DNA of 61,577 nt, the filler included. It is 8 parts of 8 records of this genome, joined end to end, with 100 filler letters (N's around TTAATTAATTAA, not from the genome) between each part and the next. Parts side by side here need not be neighbours in the genome. Positions count along the whole stretch, not along the records: positions 27,220 to 32,812 come from SRR31156797_40303; positions 32,913 to 39,066 come from SRR31156797_40371; 6 more parts are not named here. The stretch is one strand, 5' to 3'. Shown in pieces: positions 27,220-36,989 of the stretch (positions are counted from its first letter, which is position 1; each line of letters opens with the position of its first letter). The notes beneath the pieces were generated by a model, which worked only from the letters and a program-made list of their open reading frames with translations, ran no database searches and had not been told where the DNA came from. Both the position numbers and the translations under genes were made by a program.

Positions 27220-30200
27220 AAGATGGATAAATTCAGGGTGATCGGCATTGAGTAGCGTCTTTTCCAATGCATCTTTTCCAATGTATATTTCTGATTGTTT
27301 TGGCCCCAAAATATTGGATATGGCATCCAGTTCACCTTTTGCGTGATGCAGCGGAGCGAAGGAAAGCTCTCCAAGATCAGCAGATCTTTGAACAAGCGAT
27401 GCCGTGCTATCCGTTTGATTTTCTGTTGAAGCCAAATCAAAATCAGGGGCACCCATAAGAAGACACCTGCCGACAAAAGTTTGATCTCCAGTGACACCTA
27501 ACAAGTCCCGGCCGGCAGAGAGATAATTGAATGTATATTCCTCGATAAGGAAGCCTCCATCGGGACTTTGGAGTACTTCAAAGGGCACCAAATTTAAATT
27601 GCCGTCTGGCGAAATAAAGATCGTCTTTTCGGATCCCAGAGCTTTCTGGATCGGTTTGAAGATAACGCCATATAATTCACGGGATGCAGATAGTGCCTCC
27701 TTGATGTTCCTATTGCCGCTGGCCGTCAACCGCCTTTTGTATTCTGCAACAATGTGGTCAATCTCGTCGGCCAAGCCAAGATCAACCATTTTGACGGCAT
27801 TATTGTTGCCGGCTTGAACAATAAACGCGATATAGCGGTTCGGTAACTTTCCAGTTCCATCGAAATATTCGGCCTCGATTCGGGCAAATTCCAGCAGGGC
27901 GGATCCCGGAGTTAGAGCTTTGAGAACCTGTTGGCTGTCCGCCTTGGCGATATTCTGGTTGAGTGCGAATGGCTTACTAATACGGCTTAACTTGGCTTCC
28001 AGACGTTCTCTTTCGGCTTCCAGCTCATCCTTTCTTTGCCTGTATCCATCAACATTCACCCGGTTGGGGAGAAATATAAGCCGAGATAGCTCAGCCCGCA
28101 CACCATTCAGTTTTTCAAACAATCTGGCAGCCTCATCGTTTCCATCGAGGATACTGGCCCGCTGGTATCTTTTCTGAACATCCAAAATCATGCCTTTTCG
28201 TTTGAGCCAGGCATTGAAGGCCTCTCTTTGTTTTTGCTGATTTTGCCGGTATTTCTGATTGACCAGGTTCAGGCAATAATGGAGCCCCCAGTTGTTTGAG
28301 GCAACAAACCGAAGCTTCTGACCCTCGGAAGTAAAACCGACAACTTGATCGATGAGTATATTATCGATTTCCAGGCTACGCATGGCGTAATCATAGGCTT
28401 TTTGAGATTCACCCATATCCGCGTAGAGTTGTGACAAGTGGCCGTAACAGGTGGATACATCAGGGTGGTCAAGACCATATGTTCTGATCCAGATACCCAA
28501 AGCCTTATTGTATAGCGGTTCCGCTTTTTCATATTGGCCTATTTTCAGATAGGACGCTGCCAGATTATGAAGGGTATTTGCATAGGAGGCATTGCCGGTG
28601 CCGATGGTTTCAGCTTTCGCATCCAGTGTCCGTTGATACAGTTGGACAGCCTTGTCATAATCACCCAGAAAAGAATAGAGGGTGGCCAGGTTGTTCAATG
28701 TCTTGGCAACATTGGGATGCTCTGGGCCAAAATGGTTTTTACGGATTTTCAGTGATCGTTGATAAAGCGGCTCTGCCTTCTTGTATTCACCGGCGTATTC
28801 ATAGAGCATCGCCAAGTTATCCAAGGTCGTGGCAACATTTGGATGTTCCGGGCCAAGGGCTTTCTCCCATATGGCCACGGCCCGCTTATAGAGTGTTTCT
28901 GCCCTTTGATTATCCGATAGCTTGCCGTAAAGCTTCCCCATGTTGTTCAGGATATAAGCCACTTGGGTGTGTTCCGGTCCATGGGCTTTTTCAATGATCG
29001 GAAGTGCTCGTTGGTAATGTGCCTCGGCCTTTTCATATTCCCCCATTTTTACATAAAGTGCAGCCATGTTGCTGAGGGCGGTGGCCAGATTGGTCGGATC
29101 TTTCTCAAAATGCTTTTCGCTGATGACGATGGCTCTTGTGTAGAGTTCTTCGGATTTAGGATAGTTCCCTTTGGCCTGGCTCAGAAATGCGAGATAGGAA
29201 AGATTGGATGCCACGCGGGGATGATCGGCTCCAAGTATTTTTTCGAAAATGCCCTGGGCTTCGTTAAGTAAGTTCTCTGCTCTTTCAGCATCGCCCAGGT
29301 GATACCACAAGCCTGCCAGATCCTTGCGGGAGTTGGCCACCTTGATGCTATCCGACCCAAACTGTTTTCCCTTGATGATAAGTGCCCGCTCGTTGAATGA
29401 GACCGCAGCTGAATAGTCACCAAGCATTTCATGCACCCATGCAGCATTTTGAAGCATTACCAACAGTTTGGGATGATTTATGCCAAATGCCTTCTCTCGA
29501 ATGGACAAAGCCTTAACAAACAATGATTTGGCGGTTTCATATTGTTCCAATCCGCAATAAGGTAACGCGAGATTATTCAAAGTGAGACCGACGTCAGGAT
29601 GGTCTGGGCCAAGGAACTTTTCCCTGATGGATAGTGCCTGCTTGTTTGTTGAGATTGATGCTTGATAGTCATTACGTGCGTACTGAAGCCTTCCCAGGTA
29701 GTTCAAACTGTCTGCAAGGTATGGATGCCCCTGTTTGAAGAGCTTTTCTCCAATGGCCAAAGCCCGCCGAATGAACGGTTCGGTTTTTTCGTAATCATCG
29801 GTATCGATGTACCTCCAGGCGAAGGTATTCAGAGTCTCCACGATATCAGGGTGATCTGCAGCAAGTGCTTTTTCTTGGATGGCTAAAGCCTTCTTCAACA
29901 ATGCATCTGCTTCTTTCAGATTATCTGTGGTAATTTGTTTCTTGGCCAAAGCAACCAAGCACCAGGCAACCGTAGGGTGGTCATGCCCAAAGGCTTTTTT
30001 TTTGATAAGCAGAGCCTTATTCAGCGAAGCATCTGCTTTTTCATTCTGTCCAATGAGTGTGTATAACTCACCAAAATGAAAACAACTATCCGCCGTCTCA
30101 ATATAGTCCAGTCCATACAACACATCTCTGCTTGATAACGATTCCAATAACAAAGGTTCTGCCTTAGCGTATCGGCCTGCCAGATAATTGAGGACTCCAA

Positions 30201-30453
30201 GATAATCGAGCGTTCTTGCCAGTTCAGCTTTGTTAAGAGGAACTATAGCTCTTTGATCCGCGAGCACCTTCTCTATATAAGGGATGGCCCTGCTGTAATA
30301 GCCCGCCTTTTTCAGATCCTCAGCCTGCTGCCACAATTCAGATGTCTCGTTAGTGTCAGTCTCCTTTGCATGAGTTAATTGGAATGGAATGAGATGAAGG
30401 CACACCAGAAGGATGGTGAATATCCAAGCTCTCTGAGGTGCCAATATCAACAT
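27220..30453 (-). CDS. TPR-repeat CHAT-domain (caspase-like) protein with signal peptide, 3' truncated
   Basis: Many 42-aa G.(D/E)HP.VA..LNNLA repeats; ISPDGNLNLVPFE and GAPDF motifs; contig ends at FIHL, before the expected ATHG. Confidence 0.9.
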
Positions 30454-30729
30454 GCGATCATTCCTTTTATTATTAAAGGGGGTTTGTAATGTATCGGCAG
30501 GCCAAAAAATATCTTAAGAAACGCCATCCATAACTACCTAAAATTAATTATTTTTCATCACTTCTAACCAATTCCTCCATTTTTCTTCAGAAAATTTGTC
30601 ACCTTTCTGGGTTGGGTTTCGGCAACAGGGACAACTCCGCAAATTAAAGCCTTGCAGGATGGAACAAACGGCTGGCGGGCAACGGAAGTTCAAACCAACC
30701 AATCACTTATTATCAAAAGGAGTAACACC

Positions 30730-32568
30730 ATGAGTAACGAAATGAAGTCCCTGACCCCTGAAGCAGCACAGATTGCCAACACCAACACCCAGAACAAGGA
30801 GACCACAATGACAACTTCCAACAACAATCAGACCAGCACCGGAGATCAGAGAACCATTCAAGAAGTTATGGAGGAAAACATGAACAGCAAAGCCCCTACC
30901 CAAACAGAAAAAGAAACCCAGAATGAAAACACCAACGATTCTATCAAGGAGGAAGCCATGACAGCAGCAACTGATACCAAGACCGAGACCGTAGCCCCGA
31001 TTACCAACTCTCAGATTGTCGATGTGCCCATGGATAAGCTGGCTACACCGGTTAGCCATCCCCGACGTAACAAGGGTGACCTTGAAACACTGCAGAAGAG
31101 CATTCGCAAGAATGGTCTTCTGGAACCCCTGACTGTATGCAAATCCGATGGAGATGACTTCTATATGGTCATCGATGGTACCCGCAGAATGACCGCTTTG
31201 ATCGAGTTTGGCTGGAAAGCGGTTCCTTGTATTGTGCTCGATTCCATGCCGCTCGGTGAGATCGCTCACTTCGCTTTCGAAAAAAACATGGAACGGCGAA
31301 GCCTGAGCCCCATCGAGATTGCCCTCCACCTGAAATCCATGCAGGAAAAGTACGGATACAGCCTTCGGGATCTGGATGCTCTGGGCTACGGCTCAGCAGC
31401 CAAGATTTCTCAACAGATCCGGCTGCTGGACCTGCCGGCCAAGGTAAAAGACATGATTGAGAACGCCGAGCTTACCACAACCCACGGGATTGCCCTTTTC
31501 AAACTACCGAAAGCCGAACAGCAGGAAAAGTTGGCCCAACGTGCTGTTGACTTCGGTTGGCCTGCCAAGCGGCTTGCAACCTCCGTCGATAAACTTGTGA
31601 AAAAGGGAAAAGCCACGCCCAAAGAGAAGATCAGCGTCCCCGAAGGTGAGATTCCCGGTGTTTACTTCAAGGATTCCAAGGACATGAGCGAGTTGCCGGA
31701 CAAGTCGGTACATCTCATAGTGACCAGCCCTCCTTACTGCGTCGGAATGGAGTTCGAGAAGGGCATCTCCTACAAAGAGCACTGGGAAAACATGCAGGAG
31801 GTTATGAAGGAGTCCGCCCGCATCCTGGTCCCTGGTGGCATCATGGCCCTGAACGTCGGTGACATCCACAACTACAAAGGTCCTGAGGGGAAAAACGAAC
31901 AGTCCCAGATCCAGCTGGTCGGCCACAAGTATCAGAGCTTTCTCCGCCGGCACAAAGTTTACCTCAGTGACATCATCATCTGGGTCAAACAAACCCATCC
32001 TCAAAGCTTGGATGTCTCCAAACTCATCTCGGATAAAACACCCCACACAGGATACCGAATCTTGATCAGCCATGACCCTGTCTACATTTTCCGCAAGGCT
32101 GGCGAGCGTGAAGTTCCTTCCGAAGATGCGGCCGCAAATTCCGCCCTGACCAGAGAGGAGTGGAACCGATGGGCCTCCGGTATCTGGCCGATCGGCAAAG
32201 TTCACAAAATGGAAGGTCACCCGGCTATTTATCCCGATGAGCTGGTCTACCGCCTGGTCAAGATGTTCTCCTACGAAGGTGAGACCGTGCTCGATCCTTT
32301 CCTCGGCAGCGGCACGACCATGAAGGTGGCCCGTCAACTCGGTCGCGAGGCCTTCGGTTACGAACGGGAAGACCAGTATAAACAGGTCATCATGGACAAG
32401 CTCGGGGTCGGTGAGGATGGGGTCTTGACCCAGTCCATGGTCGGATTCGTAAAAGAAACAATGCTCCACGAAGATGTGGAGGATGTCCTTGCCCAGGCTG
32501 AGGCCGAAGCTGTGGAGAACCTGCCCAAATCTGAAACAGAAGTACCTGAAACTGAAGTTGTGGAATAA
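30730..32568 (+). CDS. ParB/Spo0J N-terminal domain fused to a beta-class N4/N6 DNA methyltransferase
   Basis: SIRKNGLLEPL..IDGTRR..NMERRSLSPIE (ParB), then VTSPPY, HPAIYP and VLDPFLGSGTT; first SD-supported ATG at 30730. Confidence 0.9.
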   Translation: MSNEMKSLTPEAAQIANTNTQNKETTMTTSNNNQTSTGDQRTIQEVMEENMNSKAPTQTEKETQNENTNDSIKEEAMTAATDTKTETVAPITNSQIVDVPMDKLATPVSHPRRNKGDLETLQKSIRKNGLLEPLTVCKSDGDDFYMVIDGTRRMTALIEFGWKAVPCIVLDSMPLGEIAHFAFEKNMERRSLSPIEIALHLKSMQEKYGYSLRDLDALGYGSAAKISQQIRLLDLPAKVKDMIENAELTTTHGIALFKLPKAEQQEKLAQRAVDFGWPAKRLATSVDKLVKKGKATPKEKISVPEGEIPGVYFKDSKDMSELPDKSVHLIVTSPPYCVGMEFEKGISYKEHWENMQEVMKESARILVPGGIMALNVGDIHNYKGPEGKNEQSQIQLVGHKYQSFLRRHKVYLSDIIIWVKQTHPQSLDVSKLISDKTPHTGYRILISHDPVYIFRKAGEREVPSEDAAANSALTREEWNRWASGIWPIGKVHKMEGHPAIYPDELVYRLVKMFSYEGETVLDPFLGSGTTMKVARQLGREAFGYEREDQYKQVIMDKLGVGEDGVLTQSMVGFVKETMLHEDVEDVLAQAEAEAVENLPKSETEVPETEVVE

Positions 32569-32579
32569 TTCAAACCAAA

Positions 32580-32607
32580 GGTGTGGGGCCAGAAACGGCC
32601 CCACATC
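32580..32607 (+). terminator. Stem-loop after the ParB-MTase gene
   Basis: GGTGTGGGGCC-AGAAAC-GGCCCCACATC followed by TGTTTT. Confidence 0.6.
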
Positions 32608-32648
32608 TGTTTTGATTTAAAAACACAATAATTAGAAAAGGTAAAATC

Positions 32649-32812
32649 ATGATCATCGAAAAAGCAAAAGAGATCCAAGCGGTTATGGCCAAAGTTGAGA
32701 CCAATGCAAAAATCCTGGTCAGTTATCAAGTTGATGCGAGAGCAGCTATTCTCGATGCAATTACAGCGGGGGAAGAAAAACAGGTCGATCTTGGACAAAC
32801 TTTCTGGGCATT
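32649..32812 (+). CDS. Hypothetical protein, 3' truncated
   Basis: AAAAGG upstream of ATG; open to the contig edge. Confidence 0.6.
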
Positions 32813-32912
32813 NNNNNNNNNNNNNNNNNNNNNNNNNNNNNNNNNNNNNNNNNNNNTTAATTAATTAANNNNNNNNNNNNNNNNNNNNNNNNNNNNNNNN
32901 NNNNNNNNNNNN
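32813..32912. other. Artificial contig spacer
   Basis: N44-TTAATTAATTAA-N44. Confidence 0.99.
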
Positions 32913-32913
32913 A

Positions 32914-33102
32914 TCTTCTTGTAATCATATGGACCACATCTCGACACAGTTATTCTATGCATTGTTTGTTGGTGCTGTATCTATAGTTTGTGGATATTTA
33001 CCTGCTGCGTTCTCTATACCTGTAACAGTATTATTACCTATTGGATTACTTGTAATATTCTTAGTAATAAGATTTTATGGGAAACCATATTTAGACAAAT
33101 AA
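32914..33102 (+). CDS. 3' fragment of an NhaC-family Na+/H+ antiporter
   Basis: Manual translation SSCNHMDHISTQLFYAL... matches the NhaC C-terminal C.H.DH..TQ..YA motif. Confidence 0.75.
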   Translation, partial: SSCNHMDHISTQLFYALFVGAVSIVCGYLPAAFSIPVTVLLPIGLLVIFLVIRFYGKPYLDK

Positions 33103-33119
33103 GAAAGGTTTTACCTTTC

Positions 33120-33941
33120 TTATATTTTATTTAGAAGTTTATCTAGAAGAGAAGTAGATAAAACTCTTTTTGCAAAACCTAAGATGTGTGTTGCTTTTGT
33201 AACATAATATCTTGGTTTTGCTTTTTTTGTATTCATTATTTTTAAAACAGTATTTGCAACAGAACTAGCAGGAAGATTAAAAAGTGTATCGTCTTTGTCA
33301 TTTTCTAGTCTTTGCTTTAACTCATTTTCATAAGTTTTTCTAAAAGCACTATTTTCAATATCAATATTTTTTCTAAAATTGTTTAGGGCATTTTCTCTAA
33401 ACTTACTTGTAACTGGTCCAGTGTTTATAGTACTAACAGTGATATTTGTATCACTTAGTTCAAGCCTTAAAGTATCTGCTAAACCTTCAATTGCATATTT
33501 TGAACAGTTATAAGCTCCTCTAAATTTTAAACTTATAATTCCTAAAACAGAAGAGTGTTGGATGATTTTTCCGAAACCTTGCTCTCTCATGAAAGGTAAA
33601 ACTTGTCTTGTAACTTCATGCATTCCAAAAACATTAGATTCAAATTGTTCCCTTAAAACAGAAACTGTAATATCTTCAACTGCTCCTGGTTGTCCAAAGC
33701 CAGCATTATTGAAAACTGCATCAATTTTTCCATCACTATTAACGATATTTTTTATAGCTTCTTCTATTTGAGATGGGTTTGTTACATCCAAAAGAAAAGT
33801 TTGAAAACCTAACTCTCTTAATCTCTCTACATCTTCTTCTTTTCTTGCACTTGCATAAACTTTTATGCCATTTTCTTTAAGGATTTTTGCACTTTCAAAT
33901 CCTATTCCACTTGAGCAACCTGTGATTAATATATTTTGCAT
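33120..33941 (-). CDS. SDR family oxidoreductase
   Basis: TGCSSGIG, NNAG and YNCSK motifs; start reassigned to 33941. Confidence 0.93.
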   Translation of the reverse strand: MQNILITGCSSGIGFESAKILKENGIKVYASARKEEDVERLRELGFQTFLLDVTNPSQIEEAIKNIVNSDGKIDAVFNNAGFGQPGAVEDITVSVLREQFESNVFGMHEVTRQVLPFMREQGFGKIIQHSSVLGIISLKFRGAYNCSKYAIEGLADTLRLELSDTNITVSTINTGPVTSKFRENALNNFRKNIDIENSAFRKTYENELKQRLENDKDDTLFNLPASSVANTVLKIMNTKKAKPRYYVTKATHILGFAKRVLSTSLLDKLLNKI

Positions 33942-34519
33942 TAGAAGCTTCCTAATAAAACATTTTCTAAAGCTCTTTTGGGAACACAATGTTCATCTTT
34001 TTCATTTCTATAATAGTTTGTATCTTCTTGTACATCAACTATATGAATTGTTTCATCCTCTTTTCCCACTGCAATTCCAAGCATTGGTTCAATACCTTTA
34101 GGTAAACTAAAAAGCTCTTTACATAATGCTTTATCAATAGATGCAATAGGACAAGCTTCATAACCTTTTATTTTTAAGCCTAGCATTATAGAGTTTAGAG
34201 AAATTCCACAATCAATCATTGCAAATCCATCTATTGAAGTGTCATTTAAAACTATTATAAAAGCACTTGGTTGTTCATCTTCACTTTGATTCCATTCTTT
34301 CAAGTGTGCAGCCCATTGGCAAGTTTGAGCAAGTTTTTTAACTAAATCTTTTTTTGTTACGGTTACATATTTTAGAGGTTGCATATTTTTTGCACTTGAT
34401 GTTTGTCTTGCCACATCAATCACCTCTTCTAAATCTTTTGAATCTATAGTTATATCTTTTTTAAATCTTCTTGTTGTTCTTGTATTTTTAACTAAATTTT
34501 TATAATCATCAAAGTTCAT
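33941..34519 (-). CDS. Nitroreductase family protein
   Basis: RTTRRF, SSAKNMQPL and VPKR motifs; start reassigned to 34519. Confidence 0.9.
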   Translation of the reverse strand: MNFDDYKNLVKNTRTTRRFKKDITIDSKDLEEVIDVARQTSSAKNMQPLKYVTVTKKDLVKKLAQTCQWAAHLKEWNQSEDEQPSAFIIVLNDTSIDGFAMIDCGISLNSIMLGLKIKGYEACPIASIDKALCKELFSLPKGIEPMLGIAVGKEDETIHIVDVQEDTNYYRNEKDEHCVPKRALENVLLGSF

Positions 34520-34580
34520 TAATATTTCCTTTTTAAATAATTGATATAATACCGAAACAAAGAATAATTTTGGATTTGAA

Positions 34581-35285
34581 ATGGATAAAAAAATAGTCAT
34601 TTTTACAGGTGCTGGACTTAGTGCAAGTAGTGGAATCTTAACCTTCAGAGACAAAGATGGACTTTGGGAAAACCACGATATAAACGATATTTGCTCATTT
34701 GGATGTTTAGAGTGGAACTATGATAATACTATAGAATTTTACAACAAAAGAAGAGAAGATATAAAAGACAAGTTTCCAAACAATGCTCATAAAATGATAG
34801 CAAAGATAAAAGAAAAATATCCAAACAATATAGAAGTTATCACTCAAAATGTAGATGATTTACTAGAAAGAGCAAATTGTAAAGATATACTTCATCTTCA
34901 TGGATTTTTGCAAGAGCTTAGATGTATGGGATGTGAAGATATAATAAATATAAAATATGAGATGCAAAATAGTAAAAATACTACTTGCAAAAAATGTGGC
35001 TCGAAGATGAGACCAAACATAGTTTTCTTTGGCGAAGCAGCTCCTATGTATCAGAAACTTTATGAGGTTTTGGATGATTGTGGATTATTAGTAGTGATTG
35101 GAACAAGTGGATATGTAATAGATGTAAACTTTTTAGCAACACACTCACAAAAAGCTATTTTAAATAATCTAGAACCAAGTGAAGTGATAAATGAAAACTA
35201 TTTTGAAAAAATATATTATGAAGATGCAAATACAGCATATAAAAAAATAGAACAAGATATTGAGGAATATATAAATAACCAATGA
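34581..35285 (+). CDS. cobB: Sir2-family NAD-dependent protein deacylase
   Basis: GAGLSA.SGI.TFR, TQNVDDL, HLHG, two CxxC, RPNIVFFGE, IGTSG. Confidence 0.9.
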   Translation: MDKKIVIFTGAGLSASSGILTFRDKDGLWENHDINDICSFGCLEWNYDNTIEFYNKRREDIKDKFPNNAHKMIAKIKEKYPNNIEVITQNVDDLLERANCKDILHLHGFLQELRCMGCEDIINIKYEMQNSKNTTCKKCGSKMRPNIVFFGEAAPMYQKLYEVLDDCGLLVVIGTSGYVIDVNFLATHSQKAILNNLEPSEVINENYFEKIYYEDANTAYKKIEQDIEEYINNQ

Positions 35286-36061
35286 ATAAAAACGACTTAA
35301 AAATAAAAGAACTTCTAGAAAAAGAGATTGAACAAAGAAATACAAAGTTTGAACTATCATACGAAAAACCAGACCCACTTCTTGTAGCAAGTAGATTTAA
35401 AGATGAATATACAATATTATTGTGTGCACTTTTTGGATACGGAAAAGCTAGTTTAATAGTAAAGTTTTTGGATAGTTTAGACTTTTCTTTACTTGAACAA
35501 AGTGAAGAAAAAATAGAAAAAGAGTTAGATAAGTTTTATTATAGGTTTCAAAATCCTAAAGATGTAAAAACTATCTTTAAAACCTTTAGAAGAATGAAAC
35601 AAGAAAGTTCACTAAATGATATTTTCCTAAAAGGATACCAAAAAGAAAACTCAGTATTAGAGGGCTTGGATTCAATAATAAATAGTATAAACAAATACGC
35701 TTCATATACTTCACAAGGTTTTACTTTTTTAGTATCAAGTCCACTTAAAAGAGATAAAAGTGGAATAATAAAAGAGATAGGAAATTCTCCATATAAAAGA
35801 TGGAATATGTATTTAAGATGGATGGTTAGAGAAGATATTCTAGATTTAGGATTATGGAAAGGAATAGATAAAAAAGATTTAGTACTTCCTCTTGATACCC
35901 ACACTTTCAAAGTATCTCAAAAGCTAGGATTACTTGATAGGAAAACATACGATTTAAAATCAGCACTTCTAGTTACAAAAAAGCTAAGAGAGTTTGATAA
36001 GTTTGACCCTATAAAGTATGATTTTGCTCTTTATAGAATAGGGCAAGAGAAAATAGTATAA
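35282..36061 (+). CDS. TIGR02757/DUF2400 family protein
   Basis: KRWNMYLRWMVR..DLGLW..PLDTH..DPIKYDFAL. Confidence 0.9.
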   Translation: MNKNDLKIKELLEKEIEQRNTKFELSYEKPDPLLVASRFKDEYTILLCALFGYGKASLIVKFLDSLDFSLLEQSEEKIEKELDKFYYRFQNPKDVKTIFKTFRRMKQESSLNDIFLKGYQKENSVLEGLDSIINSINKYASYTSQGFTFLVSSPLKRDKSGIIKEIGNSPYKRWNMYLRWMVREDILDLGLWKGIDKKDLVLPLDTHTFKVSQKLGLLDRKTYDLKSALLVTKKLREFDKFDPIKYDFALYRIGQEKIV

Positions 36062-36105
36062 ATGACTCTAAAATTTTTCAAGCAAGCTTTATAGAATAGG
36101 ACTTT

Positions 36106-36142
36106 TACTACCTTCATATTTAACTTTTTTATGAAGGTAGTA
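36106..36142. terminator. Inverted repeat between convergent genes (probable terminator)
   Basis: 13-bp perfect IR TACTACCTTCATA/TATGAAGGTAGTA. Confidence 0.7.
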
Positions 36143-36194
36143 TTGAGTTTTGTTACAAAATATATTTAATTTTTGTAGATATAAATAGATAAAT

Positions 36195-36824
36195 TTATCT
36201 TGAAGATAGAGCTAGTTTTACAGCTAATCCACCAAGTACAAAAGAAGTTAAAATATTCATGTATTTTACAATACTTGGTTTTTCTACTAACTTTGAACTT
36301 AACAAGTTTCCAGAAATTCCAATTAAAGAAAAAACAATAACTGTTAAAGTCATAAAAATCAATCCTAAAGTAAGCATTTGCATCGGAACATTTCCATTTG
36401 CTGGTGTAACAAATTGTGGTAAAAATGCTAAGAAAAAGATTGATACTTTTGGATTAAGAATATTCATAACAAAACCTTTTATATAAAGCTTTTTAAGTTC
36501 ACAAGATGAGTTTTGAACAGACAAATCAATAGGTTCATTTCTATGTTTAAAAGCTTGATATGCAATGTAAAGTAAGTATGCAGCACCTGCATATTTTACA
36601 ATATTAAAAGCAATTTCTGATGTTTTAAAAATCATAGAGATACCAAAAGCCGCAGCAGTTGTATGCACAATAATTCCAGATGTAAGTCCTAAAGTTGTAA
36701 TAATTGCAGCTTTTTTAGTTTTTGTCATACCTTGAGTTAATACATAAATATTATCAGGTCCAGGAACTAAGCATAATAAAAATGATGCTGCAATAAAAAG
36801 ATAAATATTGGTAAGTTCTAACAT
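36195..36824 (-). CDS. LysE/RhtB family translocator
   Basis: PGPDN and NILNPKV..FFLAFLPQF motifs. Confidence 0.92.
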   Translation of the reverse strand: MLELTNIYLFIAASFLLCLVPGPDNIYVLTQGMTKTKKAAIITTLGLTSGIIVHTTAAAFGISMIFKTSEIAFNIVKYAGAAYLLYIAYQAFKHRNEPIDLSVQNSSCELKKLYIKGFVMNILNPKVSIFFLAFLPQFVTPANGNVPMQMLTLGLIFMTLTVIVFSLIGISGNLLSSKLVEKPSIVKYMNILTSFVLGGLAVKLALSSR

Positions 36825-36933
36825 ATAATAATTCCTTAAAAAAAAAGAATTATATATTAATTCTAATTAAATAAAACATAATATTCATTTATACAAATTA
36901 TGATAAAAACTTATTAACTATTATAGAGGGGAA

Positions 36934-36983
36934 ACAAACTTTAAACAATCTTGTAAATATTTAAAAGATTGTTATAAGTTTGT
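36934..36983. repeat. 50-bp near-perfect palindrome
   Basis: ACAAACTTTAAACAATCTTGTAAAT / ATTTAAAAGATTGTTATAAGTTTGT, 22 of 25 positions pair. Confidence 0.8.
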
Positions 36984-36989
36984 AAAAAA

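Noticed and set aside
30652-30729. TTG at 30652 as a fifth start in the ladder (also 78 nt upstream)
   Set aside because: No Shine-Dalgarno sequence precedes it; the spacing may be coincidence.
31504-32604. Long antisense ORFs (also 15137-15985, 20137-20823, 24387-25307, 30703-31329)
   Set aside because: They shadow well-supported genes on the other strand, as expected from GC-rich codon usage, and have no recognisable motifs.
34581-36061. Sir2 gene plus HhH-like TIGR02757 as an anti-phage system
   Set aside because: The Sir2 is a canonical zinc-binding CobB deacylase in a housekeeping context, not a ThsA/DSR-type NADase.
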